Part shown: positions 42,107 to 52,813 of the stretch, one piece after another
How the letters are laid out: each line of letters starts with the position of its first letter
How positions within the stretch are numbered: the first letter of the stretch is position 1
NCBI GenBank assembly: GCA_019058365.1
Contig: JAHPZE010000010.1
Location: 32,001 to 96,000 of the forward strand
DNA length: 64,000 nt
Source: Promethearchaeota archaeon
Lineage (GTDB): Archaea > Asgardarchaeota > Lokiarchaeia > Sigyniarchaeales > SOKP01
Reading direction: 5' to 3'
Position numbers and translations under genes: made by a program
Notes under the pieces: model-generated
What the model saw: only the letters and a program-made list of their open reading frames with translations
Databases searched by the model: none
Told to the model about the DNA's origin: nothing

Positions 42107-42391
42107 ATGACAAATGTTACTTTTAGTGTTGATGATGATATTCATAAAAAGATGAAAGAACATCCAGAAATCAAGTGGACGGAAATTCTTAGGAATTCAA
42201 TCATCGAATATCTTAAAAAAGTGGAAGAAATAGATGTGTTAGCAATTGAAGAATTCAGAAAAAACTTAGATCAAGATATTCTCAATATGATTGAAGAATT
42301 GGATGAAGGGGAAGAACTTAAATTCTATCAAAAAACAAAACAAAAGGAAAAGGAAAGAATGGAGATACAACAAAAACTGGAACGGGGTTAG
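42107..42391 (+). CDS. vapB: RHH antitoxin (VapB-like)
   Basis: NVTFSVDDDIHKKMKEHPEIKWTEILR; directly upstream of the PIN gene. Confidence 0.8.
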   Translation: MTNVTFSVDDDIHKKMKEHPEIKWTEILRNSIIEYLKKVEEIDVLAIEEFRKNLDQDILNMIEELDEGEELKFYQKTKQKEKERMEIQQKLERG

Positions 42392-42397
42392 GATCTA

Positions 42398-42772
42398 ATG
42401 TGGCTTCTTGATACTAATATTTTAATTAAATGCAATAAGCTAAGACCTAGGCCTTTCAAAAAAGATCTTACATTTACAACTATTTTATCTATAATAGAAT
42501 ATCCATTTGCTTCTAAATTTGAAGAAATGTCTATTATATATCCTACTCTCTTACATTACGGACAAGCTTTAAAGTATGCACTTCTCTTGAGAAAGAATGG
42601 TACTCCAATTCCAGTAATTGATATTTTAATTGGTGTAATTACGGTGGAAAAGAATATGATTTTAGTTTCTGAAGATTCTCATTTTGATGATCTTCAAGCT
42701 GTAGAACCGCGGTTAAAGCTGATAGGTTTAGAAATCTATATTGAAAGTCTTCAAAAATTTGATAAGATTTAA
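42398..42772 (+). CDS. vapC: PIN-domain toxin VapC
   Basis: LLDTNILI, IIE, IDILIG and SEDSHF motifs. Confidence 0.9.
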   Translation: MWLLDTNILIKCNKLRPRPFKKDLTFTTILSIIEYPFASKFEEMSIIYPTLLHYGQALKYALLLRKNGTPIPVIDILIGVITVEKNMILVSEDSHFDDLQAVEPRLKLIGLEIYIESLQKFDKI

Positions 42773-43094
42773 AAAAATAAAAAAGAATGAAATGTCTGAT
42801 ACTTAGAGTTATGGAGGAGAGATTATATATTATATTTCCTCTCTTTTAGTTAGAACTTCCTTTGTTGTAAAATTTGGGTGATAATATTTCATGAAAATTT
42901 CGAAAAACTCTAAGGCATCTGATATTAAATTTCAAATAAATTAGTTGTTCTTCATTTTTTTTTAATGGGAGGATAATAACAATACTCTTAATACGGACAC
43001 TGAAAAGATAGTATCAAACAAGAAATAATTACCATTATTCAATAAAAAGTATTTAATAGAGAAACTTATAACTAAAAATTAGTTCTTAGATGGT

Positions 43095-43922
43095 TTAGAT
43101 TAAATATCGGAAGATTTTAAGAATAGTTTTACCTTTTTCTGTGATAGTGATTTTCTTATTCTTTTTATCTTTAGAGATTTCTATATATCCAAGTTGATTT
43201 GCTAAGGGTTCAATGAATCTTTTGTTTACTTTCATATAGTAGCTTGACTGACGAGATCTCAAGTCATCGTGTTTTTTTTGGAGTTTTAGGAATCCCCTTT
43301 TAATAAGAATTTCAATAAATTTCTTTTTATAGATGAATTTTACTGGGAATCTGGTTACTTTTTCTGAATATTTATTTTGTATGGTTTTATAAAGGATTTT
43401 TAATACTTTAATAAGAATTTCTGGAGGCTTTATTATTGGAAAAATTGGGGGGAAAATTATTATCATTTCACCCTGATGTCTTGGTCCTTCCACAGAAGGA
43501 TTATATTTGGTAGAATATACATAATACACTTCACAATCCCATAATCTAGCCGCTTCTGTTGAGGCTAATGCTGTAATATTCGAACCTGTACCAATATTAA
43601 TCATGATTTTGGATTTTTGTTCAATTTTTCTTTCAGCTCTAATAATTTTTGAAATTTCTTGAATTATTTCTATATAATTAGTATAGTCAATTTCATTTTG
43701 AATAATTATGATATTAGGCATTTTGAGCTTCAAGAATTCAATATTTTGGTGAAAATATTCCATATTTTCGTCTTTTTGATTAGTACTTTTGATATATGCA
43801 GTAAAGTAATATAATTTATACGGTACATAGTTAAGAATAGGTGTTGTGATTCTATAATCTTCTTTACAATTAAAAACAATATGAACCCGAGTATTATCAA
43901 TTTTACCTTTGTTCTTAAACAT
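43095..43922 (-). CDS. DUF6293/HFX_2341-like (Csa3-like CARF + wHTH) transcriptional regulator
   Basis: RVHI..RI..P, INIGTGS.ITAL and YYV motifs; C-terminal ITITEKG wing. Confidence 0.75.
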   Translation of the reverse strand: MFKNKGKIDNTRVHIVFNCKEDYRITTPILNYVPYKLYYFTAYIKSTNQKDENMEYFHQNIEFLKLKMPNIIIIQNEIDYTNYIEIIQEISKIIRAERKIEQKSKIMINIGTGSNITALASTEAARLWDCEVYYVYSTKYNPSVEGPRHQGEMIIIFPPIFPIIKPPEILIKVLKILYKTIQNKYSEKVTRFPVKFIYKKKFIEILIKRGFLKLQKKHDDLRSRQSSYYMKVNKRFIEPLANQLGYIEISKDKKNKKITITEKGKTILKIFRYLI

Positions 43923-44315
43923 TTACTAGTATCATTTTATTTACTTATTTGTCTATTGTGATTTTTAATTCAATTTCATATTTGATTTTTTACAATTTTG
44001 AGTTGAATATTATTGGAAAAAAATTTTTAACTGGATGCAAGATTAAGGATTTGTAAAGTTATCGATTGAAACAACGCCTTTTTGATGTGCAACTGTTACA
44101 AGTGCTCCATAGATTTTTAGATATTTTTCATCCTTTATAAATGCCTTTAACTTTTCTTACGATTCAAACTTAAAAATTATTGTAAGACTATTTTCAGGAA
44201 TGTGTTTTCTCCTGTATGTTTTTTTTCCTTCTTTTTTAGCCACTTCAATTCCTCCATTTTATCCTTATTTATTTAATAAGCATATTTATATCCATAATAA
44301 TAAGAACAATAGTAA

Positions 44316-44660
44316 GTGGCAAATATTTCAGATTACAAGAGGTTGAGTTTTATATCAGATTTTGATTTAATCGATTCAGAAATAGAATGTATTTCAAAAA
44401 TTTGGGAATATTATTATAAGGAAATTATTACTCATGAAAATCAAGAGCTTCCAATAAGCCTTTTGATAATTAAATTAATGAATTTATTAAAGGAGACTAA
44501 TAATAAGGCACTCATAACAAAAGCACTTCTGTTAACAATTTCCTTTTTTTTCACATATTCCTTCTGATTTTCATGATAATCGTTGTATTGAGATGGATTT
44601 ATTATCATCAAAGTATAGAAAGAGAGCAATTTCGCTCTTAAGACAAGAATTTTTATTAAA
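44316..44660 (+). pseudogene. Probable frameshifted hypothetical gene
   Basis: An 83-aa ORF ends just after a poly-T run and coding-like sequence continues. Confidence 0.35.
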
Positions 44661-45058
44661 TTAAATTAGAATTGGTGTAAATATGATTATACGAGTCAAC
44701 ATAGATAGGGATACACTGGATAAGCTTGATGAATCAGGAAAGCAGTTAAAAATTTCCTTATGAAATTATAATATACATCATATTTTTTATTCTCTTAGGG
44801 ATTCTAATTATTTTCTATACAAAATTTAAAAAATAGGAAAAAAATTTTGGTCATAAAAAAATAATTCAAGGTATTAAGAAAAGATGGAAATCATTGAAAA
44901 TTACACTTTCAATAAAATTTTAAAATTAAATCTTTATGGACATGTTTCAATAAATTGCTATTTTATTCTTCTTAGTATATTTACTAAGATTATGGAAAAA
45001 TCAATAATTCTTCGGAAACAACGAGAGTAATCTAAATTAACATACATTTAAGGAATTA

Positions 45059-45157
45059 CTATTCCGCTTTTACTTCTTCTTTTTCTTCTCCTTTTACTTC
45101 TTTCTTCTCTTCCTCTTTCTTCACTTTCTTTTTCTTTTCTTTCTTTTTCTTAACCAT
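45059..45157 (-). CDS. 32-aa Lys/Glu-rich microprotein MVKKKKEKKKKVKKEEEKKEVKGEEKEEVKAE
   Basis: GAGGTGA SD before the ATG; upstream AAGTAAAGATTTA promoter motif. Confidence 0.55.
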   Translation of the reverse strand: MVKKKKEKKKKVKKEEEKKEVKGEEKEEVKAE

Positions 45158-45426
45158 ATTTTTAATCACCTCTATTTTTGATTGGTTTTTATACACTTTT
45201 TAGAAATAATCTTTATTTTTGATCATTTAATATTTAGAGAAAACAAAATTTAAATCTTTACTTTGATGTCCAAATGTCTATTATATCTATTAAGAATATA
45301 ACCTAAATTAAAACCTAGAAAAGGTTGGACTATAATCTCTATTGTTCCATGAACGTTATCTAAATGATCATAGATATATTTACTCATATATTATATTTCT
45401 CTTTTAGTTGGGAATGGTATTTTATA

Positions 45427-45675
45427 TTACTCCTCTTTATTCAAGTTTGATACACATATATAACCAAAGTCTGTTGAGGATTTTGGTTTTAATTCATCAA
45501 GGTTTACTATTTGAGTTCTATGTCCGCGATGTGTTTTCTCAAATTGCTGTAATAATTGTATCGCTTCAAAATTATTAACATTAATAATGCAATATATATG
45601 GCAATCAAAATAAGCTCTCACTCTTACTTCTTTTAATTTATTATTAATCGAATTATTCAGAACCAATTTTATCAT
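45427..45675 (-). CDS. Small Zn-finger-like protein ((C/Y)xxC..HxGH), paralog of 54534-54716
   Basis: YFDCH..FEKTHRGHRTQIVN aligns with CFKCH..FDSSHSGHPVQIVN. Confidence 0.65.
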   Translation of the reverse strand: MIKLVLNNSINNKLKEVRVRAYFDCHIYCIINVNNFEAIQLLQQFEKTHRGHRTQIVNLDELKPKSSTDFGYICVSNLNKEE

Positions 45676-45770
45676 ATCCCTTTTTCAAAATCATTACGAT
45701 TTTCATAGACCCCCTCACTATGAGCAATCTTTTTATGACATGCGTTTTTGAAAAAAAAGATTAAAGAATT

Positions 45771-46427
45771 TTATTTAGAATCTAACTCAGAAAATAATTC
45801 TATGTGATTTTTTATAAAATTCCTAGTTCGGTGAGAGAACTTTTTTTCAAGCTTAGATTCATCGTTAATATATTTTTTATAAACTAACCATTGTCCATAA
45901 AGCCATAAATATGAGTCTATCTCTTGATAAGAAGGTTTCCAACTTAAACTTACTATTAAATCATCCAAATCTTTTTTAAATTGAGTATAATTGCTTTCAT
46001 AACAGCTCTTCATGTTCCCTAAAAGATAACTCAGTGCATACCGTGAATATCTATCGTAAATGGGAAATTTATTAGGGTAATGAAAATGACAATATTTACT
46101 TGAAAACACAAATCCAACCCGTCTTTTATAAGGTGAAGGCTGAATCTTTGCTATTTCTTCAACTAACTGTTCAAGGTTATTTTTATCGAATTTAGAATCA
46201 ATTTCTAATTGCTGAATTTCATGGGCTATTAATCTCTTATCCATATTAAGATTACAATTATATAATTTATTCACTAACTCTATTTTGTAGCCTATGTCAT
46301 GAAAATCTTTATTTTCTTTCTTATTATTAAATTCACGCCTTAATAACTTGTTCACTTCATTCCAACTAAGCATTTTATTCCTAATTTCTACTGCGGCCTC
46401 AATATTTTTTTGGTTAATCGTTTTCAT
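45771..46427 (-). CDS. Hypothetical protein, possible HhH/DNA-glycosylase-like fold
   Basis: SKYCHFHYPNKFPIYD and IDSYLW motifs; the fold call is inference. Confidence 0.55.
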   Translation of the reverse strand: MKTINQKNIEAAVEIRNKMLSWNEVNKLLRREFNNKKENKDFHDIGYKIELVNKLYNCNLNMDKRLIAHEIQQLEIDSKFDKNNLEQLVEEIAKIQPSPYKRRVGFVFSSKYCHFHYPNKFPIYDRYSRYALSYLLGNMKSCYESNYTQFKKDLDDLIVSLSWKPSYQEIDSYLWLYGQWLVYKKYINDESKLEKKFSHRTRNFIKNHIELFSELDSK

Positions 46428-46494
46428 TTTTCATCATTCTCTTTTTTATGTTTTTCTAATGTATCAATATCCGCAGTATAAATATTTACAATAA

Positions 46495-47055
46495 CTAAGA
46501 ATAATTTTCAATTTTCAGTATGGATCTCGTTAAAAATTCAAAAATCTGTTCAATATTTTCTCCAGTTTTAGAGGAACATTCGAAGTTTTTAACGATTTTA
46601 TATTTTTTTGAGATTTTCTTAGCGTATTTTCTGGATATTACTCTTTCTTTATGGAGATCTAATTTGCCACCAACCATTAAGAGAGGAATTTTCTTTTTAT
46701 CATTAGATAAATTATCTTTGAATAATGTTAACCATTTTTCTACGTTTTTTATACTGGAATAATTAGTGATATCATACATAAAAATACCTCCTGATATACC
46801 CTTTATAAAAATTGGGAAAATAAATTGAAATTGAGGATCACTTCTAAGATTCCAAATTTGAAGTATAATTTTAGAAGAATTTATTGTTAAATTTTTAAGC
46901 GCAATATCTATGCATACTGGTGGCTTTACTTCCTTTTTTTGAATACCTGCTTGGGTTAATGAAGTTTTTCCAACATTTCTTTCGCCAAAAATACATATTT
47001 TGAAGATTGAATCCTTGTTTATTTCTTGCACCTCCAATTTTTTAAAAGTTTCCAA
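46495..47055 (-). CDS. Rab-like small GTPase with degenerate G3
   Basis: G1 GERNVGKTS, G4 GKLD and G5 ECSSKTG; G3 reads WNLRS instead of WDxxG. Confidence 0.88.
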   Translation of the reverse strand: METFKKLEVQEINKDSIFKICIFGERNVGKTSLTQAGIQKKEVKPPVCIDIALKNLTINSSKIILQIWNLRSDPQFQFIFPIFIKGISGGIFMYDITNYSSIKNVEKWLTLFKDNLSNDKKKIPLLMVGGKLDLHKERVISRKYAKKISKKYKIVKNFECSSKTGENIEQIFEFLTRSILKIENYS

Positions 47056-47404
47056 GTTTTCTTTTAACTATAGAATCTATTAATCACTTCTATTGGCATT
47101 TTTTTACTTAACTTAAAATTAAAGATAAATCCTTATACCTTATTTTATTATATCAGGGATATTTATAGGTGATTCTATAGAAGATCCTATATAACAATAA
47201 AATAGTCAAACATTTTGTATTTAAATCTTTACTTCTTTATTTTTTCTTTAAATTATTTTAATATTATTGGTGATTTGCTTCATTTTCTATAATAGAAATA
47301 CTAAAGTGATTAATTTAATAAAAGATAAATATCATAATATTATCTTATTTATAGTAAGATTAAAAGCATAAAAATAGAATTTTAATTTAAGGAGTGTGAA
47401 ATAA

Positions 47405-47947
47405 ATGTCAGAAGCAACAATTAATGAGGAATTTACTACTAAACTGAAAAATGAGCAATTTCTCTATTTTGCAGATAATTCTTATTTAGGAATTGCGTTA
47501 ATCCAGAGAGGACATCTCATATATTCTAATACAAAATTTGGAGAAATCTTTGGCTATTCTCAAGAAGAGATCTCAAAATGGAAAAAGAGAGAATTCTATA
47601 ACATTGTGCATCCTGAAGATTTAAAACATTTAGTAGAGACATTTAAGATTGAAAATGATAAAAGAACTATAACAATACGATTTAGAGGTATAAGGAAAGA
47701 TAAAAGCATAATTAATATAGAAAATTATAATTGTCAAATTAAATATAATAATAAGTTTGCAGTTTTATCCAGTTATATTCCATTAGAAGAAACCTTTGAA
47801 GAAGAACCCTATACTCCTAAAATGATAAAGATAAAGAGAGAAAAAATAATTATATTGAAATATCATTCAGATATAGAGAAACTCCTAAAAGATAGTAATC
47901 TGAAATTTGAAATTTATACCCATTCTTCATATCGAGAAGAAAATTAA
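47405..47947 (+). CDS. Stand-alone PAS-domain protein (copy 1)
   Basis: N..F.EIFGYS.EE..VHPEDL PAS motif; conserved SYREE C-terminus. Confidence 0.88.
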   Translation: MSEATINEEFTTKLKNEQFLYFADNSYLGIALIQRGHLIYSNTKFGEIFGYSQEEISKWKKREFYNIVHPEDLKHLVETFKIENDKRTITIRFRGIRKDKSIINIENYNCQIKYNNKFAVLSSYIPLEETFEEEPYTPKMIKIKREKIIILKYHSDIEKLLKDSNLKFEIYTHSSYREEN

Positions 47948-48141
47948 TGTTCATTTTCTTGGATTTCTTCATTTTCTTTCGAGATTTCTTCAAAATGAAC
48001 ATTATATCTCTTTTCAGGATCAAGAACCTTATGCTTAATTAACGTTCTTGGGATATATACGATTGTATCTGGTCCCATTGAGGCTAATTTTATATTCTCT
48101 AAGGTGAAGATTCTCTTCTCTCTATTCATACTTAATCGCAT
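47944..48141 (-). CDS. Small AbrB/SpoVT-like DNA-binding protein (copy 1)
   Basis: KLASMGPDTIVYIPR.LI..LDP...YNVHFEEI; three paralogs in the window. Confidence 0.7.
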   Translation of the reverse strand: MRLSMNREKRIFTLENIKLASMGPDTIVYIPRTLIKHKVLDPEKRYNVHFEEISKENEEIQENEH

Positions 48142-49423
48142 TAAATTTCACTTTAAACATTTTTTATTATATTTTATTGAGCTTTAAATATTTCCCTATA
48201 GAGGTTAATATTTTTACAAAACGACTTTAGTCATAAATTCGCATAGTATCATTCTTAATGTATTGATTATAATTATTCCTTTATATCTTTATCAAAATCT
48301 TTTATTTTTTTCTTAATTAAATTAGTAAATTAAAAATAATGTTATTATCTCCATTAAAAAACGATGCTTTAGTTCCTATGATGGTTATGTTTATATATTT
48401 TCGAAAGAATGGAATGATAATAAATTGTAATCAGCAATATCGAGTCTTTGAAAATCTTCTCTTACCCCTAACGAACAATCTATTCAATTTCCTAATAAAT
48501 TATGTCTTTTTCCCATATATTATAGTTATAATCTTGTTCTTGGTGTTCCTCCCAACTTAATAGACACTCACTCTAATTTCCTTCAAATATATGAATCCAT
48601 ATAAGAATGTTATGATAGAGGGTTATCGTAACAAAAAATTTATATCATTTTATCAAGAAAAGAAGAAGAATAAAGAGTGAAGTTGTAATGGTGATTTTCA
48701 TATTAAGGAACAGTGTAATAAACTTCTTTCATTATATCAGAAAATAATGGTTATTTTACAAGCCAAATCTTAATAATTCTATAATTTCATTACTATTTAA
48801 AGAAAAATTCTACTAAATATTGATAAAATCAGTCCTTTAAGATGGTAACATGCAAAGAGTTGCATAAGGATTTGCTTGACGGGACAATAATGACTATTAG
48901 TCGCATTCATAAGTATTTTGTGATTGTTGAAAATATCTATAAAAAGAAGAGGAATTATGAACCGAGAAATAGTTATCGCTGGTGAATCAAAGAAAGAGAA
49001 AAAGACAGAGAAAAAAATGAATAACTGGAGAAGAATTAAGGAAGGAAACGATTATAGTTATAACATTAAATGAGAAAGAAATATTACAATTTTTATCAGA
49101 AATATTTGACAATCCTAAGTAAGCATTGTAATTATCGATTTTTATAGAGTTCTTTTGACATATTGCTTTAAAAAGATAACAAATTGCCGGTTAGGTAATA
49201 TTTTCTCTATCTTAAACCAATACATAATTTTTAAATTATAAGAATTCTCCAGATTTTATTCTTATAAATCACTAATTTTTTCTGAAGTGAAGTAAAATAA
49301 ATTTGCAGATTCAATTAATAGAATTAAAATTATGAAGAATTATAAGTTAAAATCGGTTTTAAGTAAATTTGAATTAATATATGGAGGAATTTACAGGTTA
49401 AAATGAGAATAATAAGAAAGGGA

Positions 49424-49543
49424 GACTCCTGCCAACAAGACGCAAAAACGCGTCGGAAAAACAATATAGGGTAAGGAGGGCGAAATCAGAGTGTAAGAAT
49501 TTACACTACCAAAAGACAAAAATCCAGGGTGTAGGCAGGAGTC
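49424..49543. ncRNA. Candidate 120-nt structured RNA
   Basis: 10-bp closing stem GACTCCTGCC/GGCAGGAGTC plus internal hairpins GACGC/GCGTC and AGTGTAA/TTACACT; GC-rich island in AT-rich intergenic DNA. Confidence 0.55.
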
Positions 49544-49694
49544 ATTGTTTTCTATATAGATTTAATATCTAGTTTACATGTTGCTATTATTGAAATTTAT
49601 GAAAGATATGTGATTTAGAGTTTATATACTAATTCATAATCGTATTAATGTTTGATTTAAAGCACCTTTAATAATAGATTTTTGTAATTTCGTT

Positions 49695-50084
49695 TTAAAT
49701 ACATTTAAAGTAACTATTTACTTCTCCTTTGACTGCCTTTTCTATATTTTTTACCAGTTTTTTATTATCAAAGGGTTTTTTTATAAAACTTATTGCCCCA
49801 ATCTCCTTGGTTATGTGTTCAATAGCCCAATCCGCACTTATAATTATAATTTTTGCTTTATTATTAATTTGTAATATTTCTTTAGTTGCTTCAAGTCCAT
49901 TTTTTAGCGGCATTTTATAATCCATGATGATGACATCTGGTTTTTTTGAAAATGATAGATATTTAATAACTGCTTCTTCTCCGTTCATTGCTTCATCTAA
50001 AATTTCAAACCCATTTGATTTTAATAATGAGTTGTAAAGTGTTAAAGTAGATAATTCATCCTCAACAAGAAATATGGTTGCCAT
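49695..50084 (-). CDS. Single-domain response regulator (REC)
   Basis: LVEDE, IMDYKMP.KNG, ISA and KKPF motifs; probable ATG at 50084. Confidence 0.92.
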   Translation of the reverse strand: MATIFLVEDELSTLTLYNSLLKSNGFEILDEAMNGEEAVIKYLSFSKKPDVIIMDYKMPLKNGLEATKEILQINNKAKIIIISADWAIEHITKEIGAISFIKKPFDNKKLVKNIEKAVKGEVNSYFKCI

Positions 50085-50734
50085 TTTTCTCCCCTTATGA
50101 ATGAAGCTGAAAAAGTCTAGACCGTTGGAATAGTAGTTTTTCATCTTTTTATATTATATTTCACATTTTTTACGTGTGTTATATCCCAAATCCTAGACTC
50201 TAAAAATAATCACATGAAATTATATATTCTTTCCTCAACCAAAAGAAATCAATTTTTTTTATTAGACTATTGATTTTTTTGTCAAATAAAAAATAAGGCA
50301 CATTTATTTTAAAATATTTTCATGAGGAAATGGTTTTCACGAATGTCCTGTGAAAAAATCGAAATTTATTTCAATAACTTTCTTAATTCTTTTATTAATA
50401 GAGTCTATTCTTTCAAGGGCTATTTCGAAACCATATTTGGATAAATATTGATTTTAAACTTTCAAAGAAATTATAGTTAAATATTCCCATATATTTTTTT
50501 TCGTTAGAAAATTGTTTATGTTAGCAAACCAATCTCTATTGTGATATATTTGAATTGGCGTGTTAGGTTTTTTATAAAAAATCTCTCCATAATTCGAATC
50601 TTTACTAAATAAAAATATACTTATAATAATCTCTTGGATATAATTTTTGTATTCCTAACGATATTTTTTTACGATTAATCAATTTTACCCTCTTTTTTAT
50701 CTAATTTATGATAAAGCGTAGTTGTATGTGTTTT

Positions 50735-50960
50735 TCTCTCTCTTCTTTTGTATCTTCCCAATGCGTCTTAAGTTCTTTTTCTAAGGATACCATAAATTCA
50801 CTTTTCTTTTTTGTCAATTTCCTTCTCCTTTTTTTTATTTTACTTTATTTTTATTGAATCTGAATTCTTACCCATAATATCAAGAATTAAAGTAGAAATA
50901 GGGATTTGTGAAATCTGTTTTATGATAAAACGAAGTACCTCAGAATTAGATTCTATCCCT
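50735..50960. repeat. Near-identical ~225-bp copy of 56932-57157
   Basis: Direct comparison; contains the 3' half of the RHH-like gene and the start of the MVSLEKELKTHW ORF. Confidence 0.9.
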
Positions 50961-51463
50961 TCTATTTACAAAATCCCAAATGGGGTAATTTTGATCTCGT
51001 TATCCCTGTTGATGTTGAGGGAAGATAATAAAATTACCGTATCCAAAGCAAATATTAAATATTATATCCTTCCTGGAGGGATCCAAACATTTGATCCTAT
51101 TACTTTTTTTGAAGATCAGGACCTAATAATTTCTTCTATCAACTAATTTTTCGCAGTTTTTTCTCTGTTTTTTTCATGAAGAAGCATAACATTCTAAGTA
51201 TTAAATAATAAAGAGTATCGGCCTCCTATTATTATGTTCCTACACATATTCTATTATTAATAGGAGTCTAAATAACAGTATCTAGAAAAAAACTTAATAG
51301 AAATTTTCAAAAGAACTTACAACCCTAACTCTCTCAATTTTCATCATTTTTCAAATGATTAAAATTGATCATTAGGTGACCAAAACTAATAAAAATACCC
51401 TTTCATTAAAAAATTACTTTATAAAATCTAGGTAATATAGAATTCTAATTTACAATAAAAATA

Positions 51464-51778
51464 TTAACCAAACTTTCTCCGTACATCCCATAGATCAAGA
51501 GCTTCTTTTAAATCCTCATATTGTTTCGGTTCAAGATGACCTTGTAATTCAAATAATAAACTTTGTATTAAAACTACTAATGATAACATTAGCCGACTGT
51601 CTATATTATGCATTTCAGCCTCCATAGAATCATAAATATTTGGGAAAAGTGTCTTATAGTTTTGCTTTATTTTTGATAATAATAGACTCTTAATTGTTGA
51701 ATTCATCATTTCTGAATGTACGTGTTTAAGATATTGTTTTAATAATGCTAAAAAATCAAATTTGTCCATAATTTCCAC
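51464..51778 (-). CDS. Hypothetical helical protein
   Basis: 104-aa ORF in a run of minus-strand genes. Confidence 0.6.
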   Translation of the reverse strand: MEIMDKFDFLALLKQYLKHVHSEMMNSTIKSLLLSKIKQNYKTLFPNIYDSMEAEMHNIDSRLMLSLVVLIQSLLFELQGHLEPKQYEDLKEALDLWDVRRKFG

Positions 51779-51850
51779 CTCATTTTATTATTATATTTAT
51801 ATTTATAAACTAACTTAGTATAATGCGTTTTTTTTAAAAAAATAAAAAAA

Positions 51851-52798
51851 TTATTTTATTGGTGCCCCATATTTGGGGCAAAAAGCACTAATTTTGTCTA
51901 AAATCTCAACTCCACATGAGGAGCAATAAGTAATTTTTACCAATTCTTTTTCTTGTAATTTAACAGATTTGTCTTTAACAGGTGTATCTTTTTCAATCGA
52001 TATAATTTCATTTGGAGTTCGTTTTCGGTATCTATAAATGAGAGCTATTGCAACAACTGAAGCAACACCTATAGAAGAAAAAATTAATAACCACCAAAAT
52101 AATTGTACTCCAGAATTATCTGAATTACTAAGTGGTTCAATTTCGATAGTGAAGTAATCGCTAAATGTATAAATTGAATCATCGTAATAATCAGAGAGTT
52201 TAATTCGATAATTACTTCCATCATATGTATCACTTGAACTGAGATACCAAGAATAAGAGCCATCGTTATATTCCATAGTATCTATTACTTCTGAGAAAAT
52301 AGCTCCTTTATATAATTCTATTCGCACATAATTTATATTCCCTGTTGTAGACCACGAGATTTCATTATACCCATTATCAAAAGTATCTGTACTCTTTGGA
52401 CTATATATTATAATACTCTTCGCATAAGTTATATCAAAGCTTATTTCAACAGTTTTTGAAGTAATAAGTGAGAATGTATTAGAAAAGTAAACTTTAAAAT
52501 CATCATCATAAGGAGCATTAAAATGTATCGTTCCAGATATAACTCTACCATAATTTTCAATTGTGTCTCCATTAGAATTTTTAATATAAAGATCAATATC
52601 TTTATTTCCTCCCGCAATTACTTCAAATTCAATTGTTAAAATGTCCCCTGCATTTAGATTGAACATGAAATAGAGATAACTTCCTGGGGGAATTGTCTCA
52701 GTATAATCAGGATCATCTATACCAATAGCTGAAATAATAAATGATGAACTAAATCCTAAAACCATTGCCAATGTTAAGATTATATTTTTCTTTTTCAT
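51851..52798 (-). CDS. Type I membrane protein: signal peptide, p24/GOLD-like domain, Ig-like domain, TM helix, C-terminal zinc ribbon
   Basis: FEVIAGGNKDIDLYI..FNA..YFSNTFS..SKTV resembles the emp24/gp25L GOLD domain; tail CSSCG..FCPKYG. Confidence 0.75.
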   Translation of the reverse strand: MKKKNIILTLAMVLGFSSSFIISAIGIDDPDYTETIPPGSYLYFMFNLNAGDILTIEFEVIAGGNKDIDLYIKNSNGDTIENYGRVISGTIHFNAPYDDDFKVYFSNTFSLITSKTVEISFDITYAKSIIIYSPKSTDTFDNGYNEISWSTTGNINYVRIELYKGAIFSEVIDTMEYNDGSYSWYLSSSDTYDGSNYRIKLSDYYDDSIYTFSDYFTIEIEPLSNSDNSGVQLFWWLLIFSSIGVASVVAIALIYRYRKRTPNEIISIEKDTPVKDKSVKLQEKELVKITYCSSCGVEILDKISAFCPKYGAPIK

Positions 52799-52813
52799 AT
52801 CTTGATTTTTAAA

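Noticed and set aside
49424-49543. 5S rRNA or tRNA
   Set aside because: The length fits 5S, but the conserved 5S motifs and a cloverleaf/T-loop are absent.
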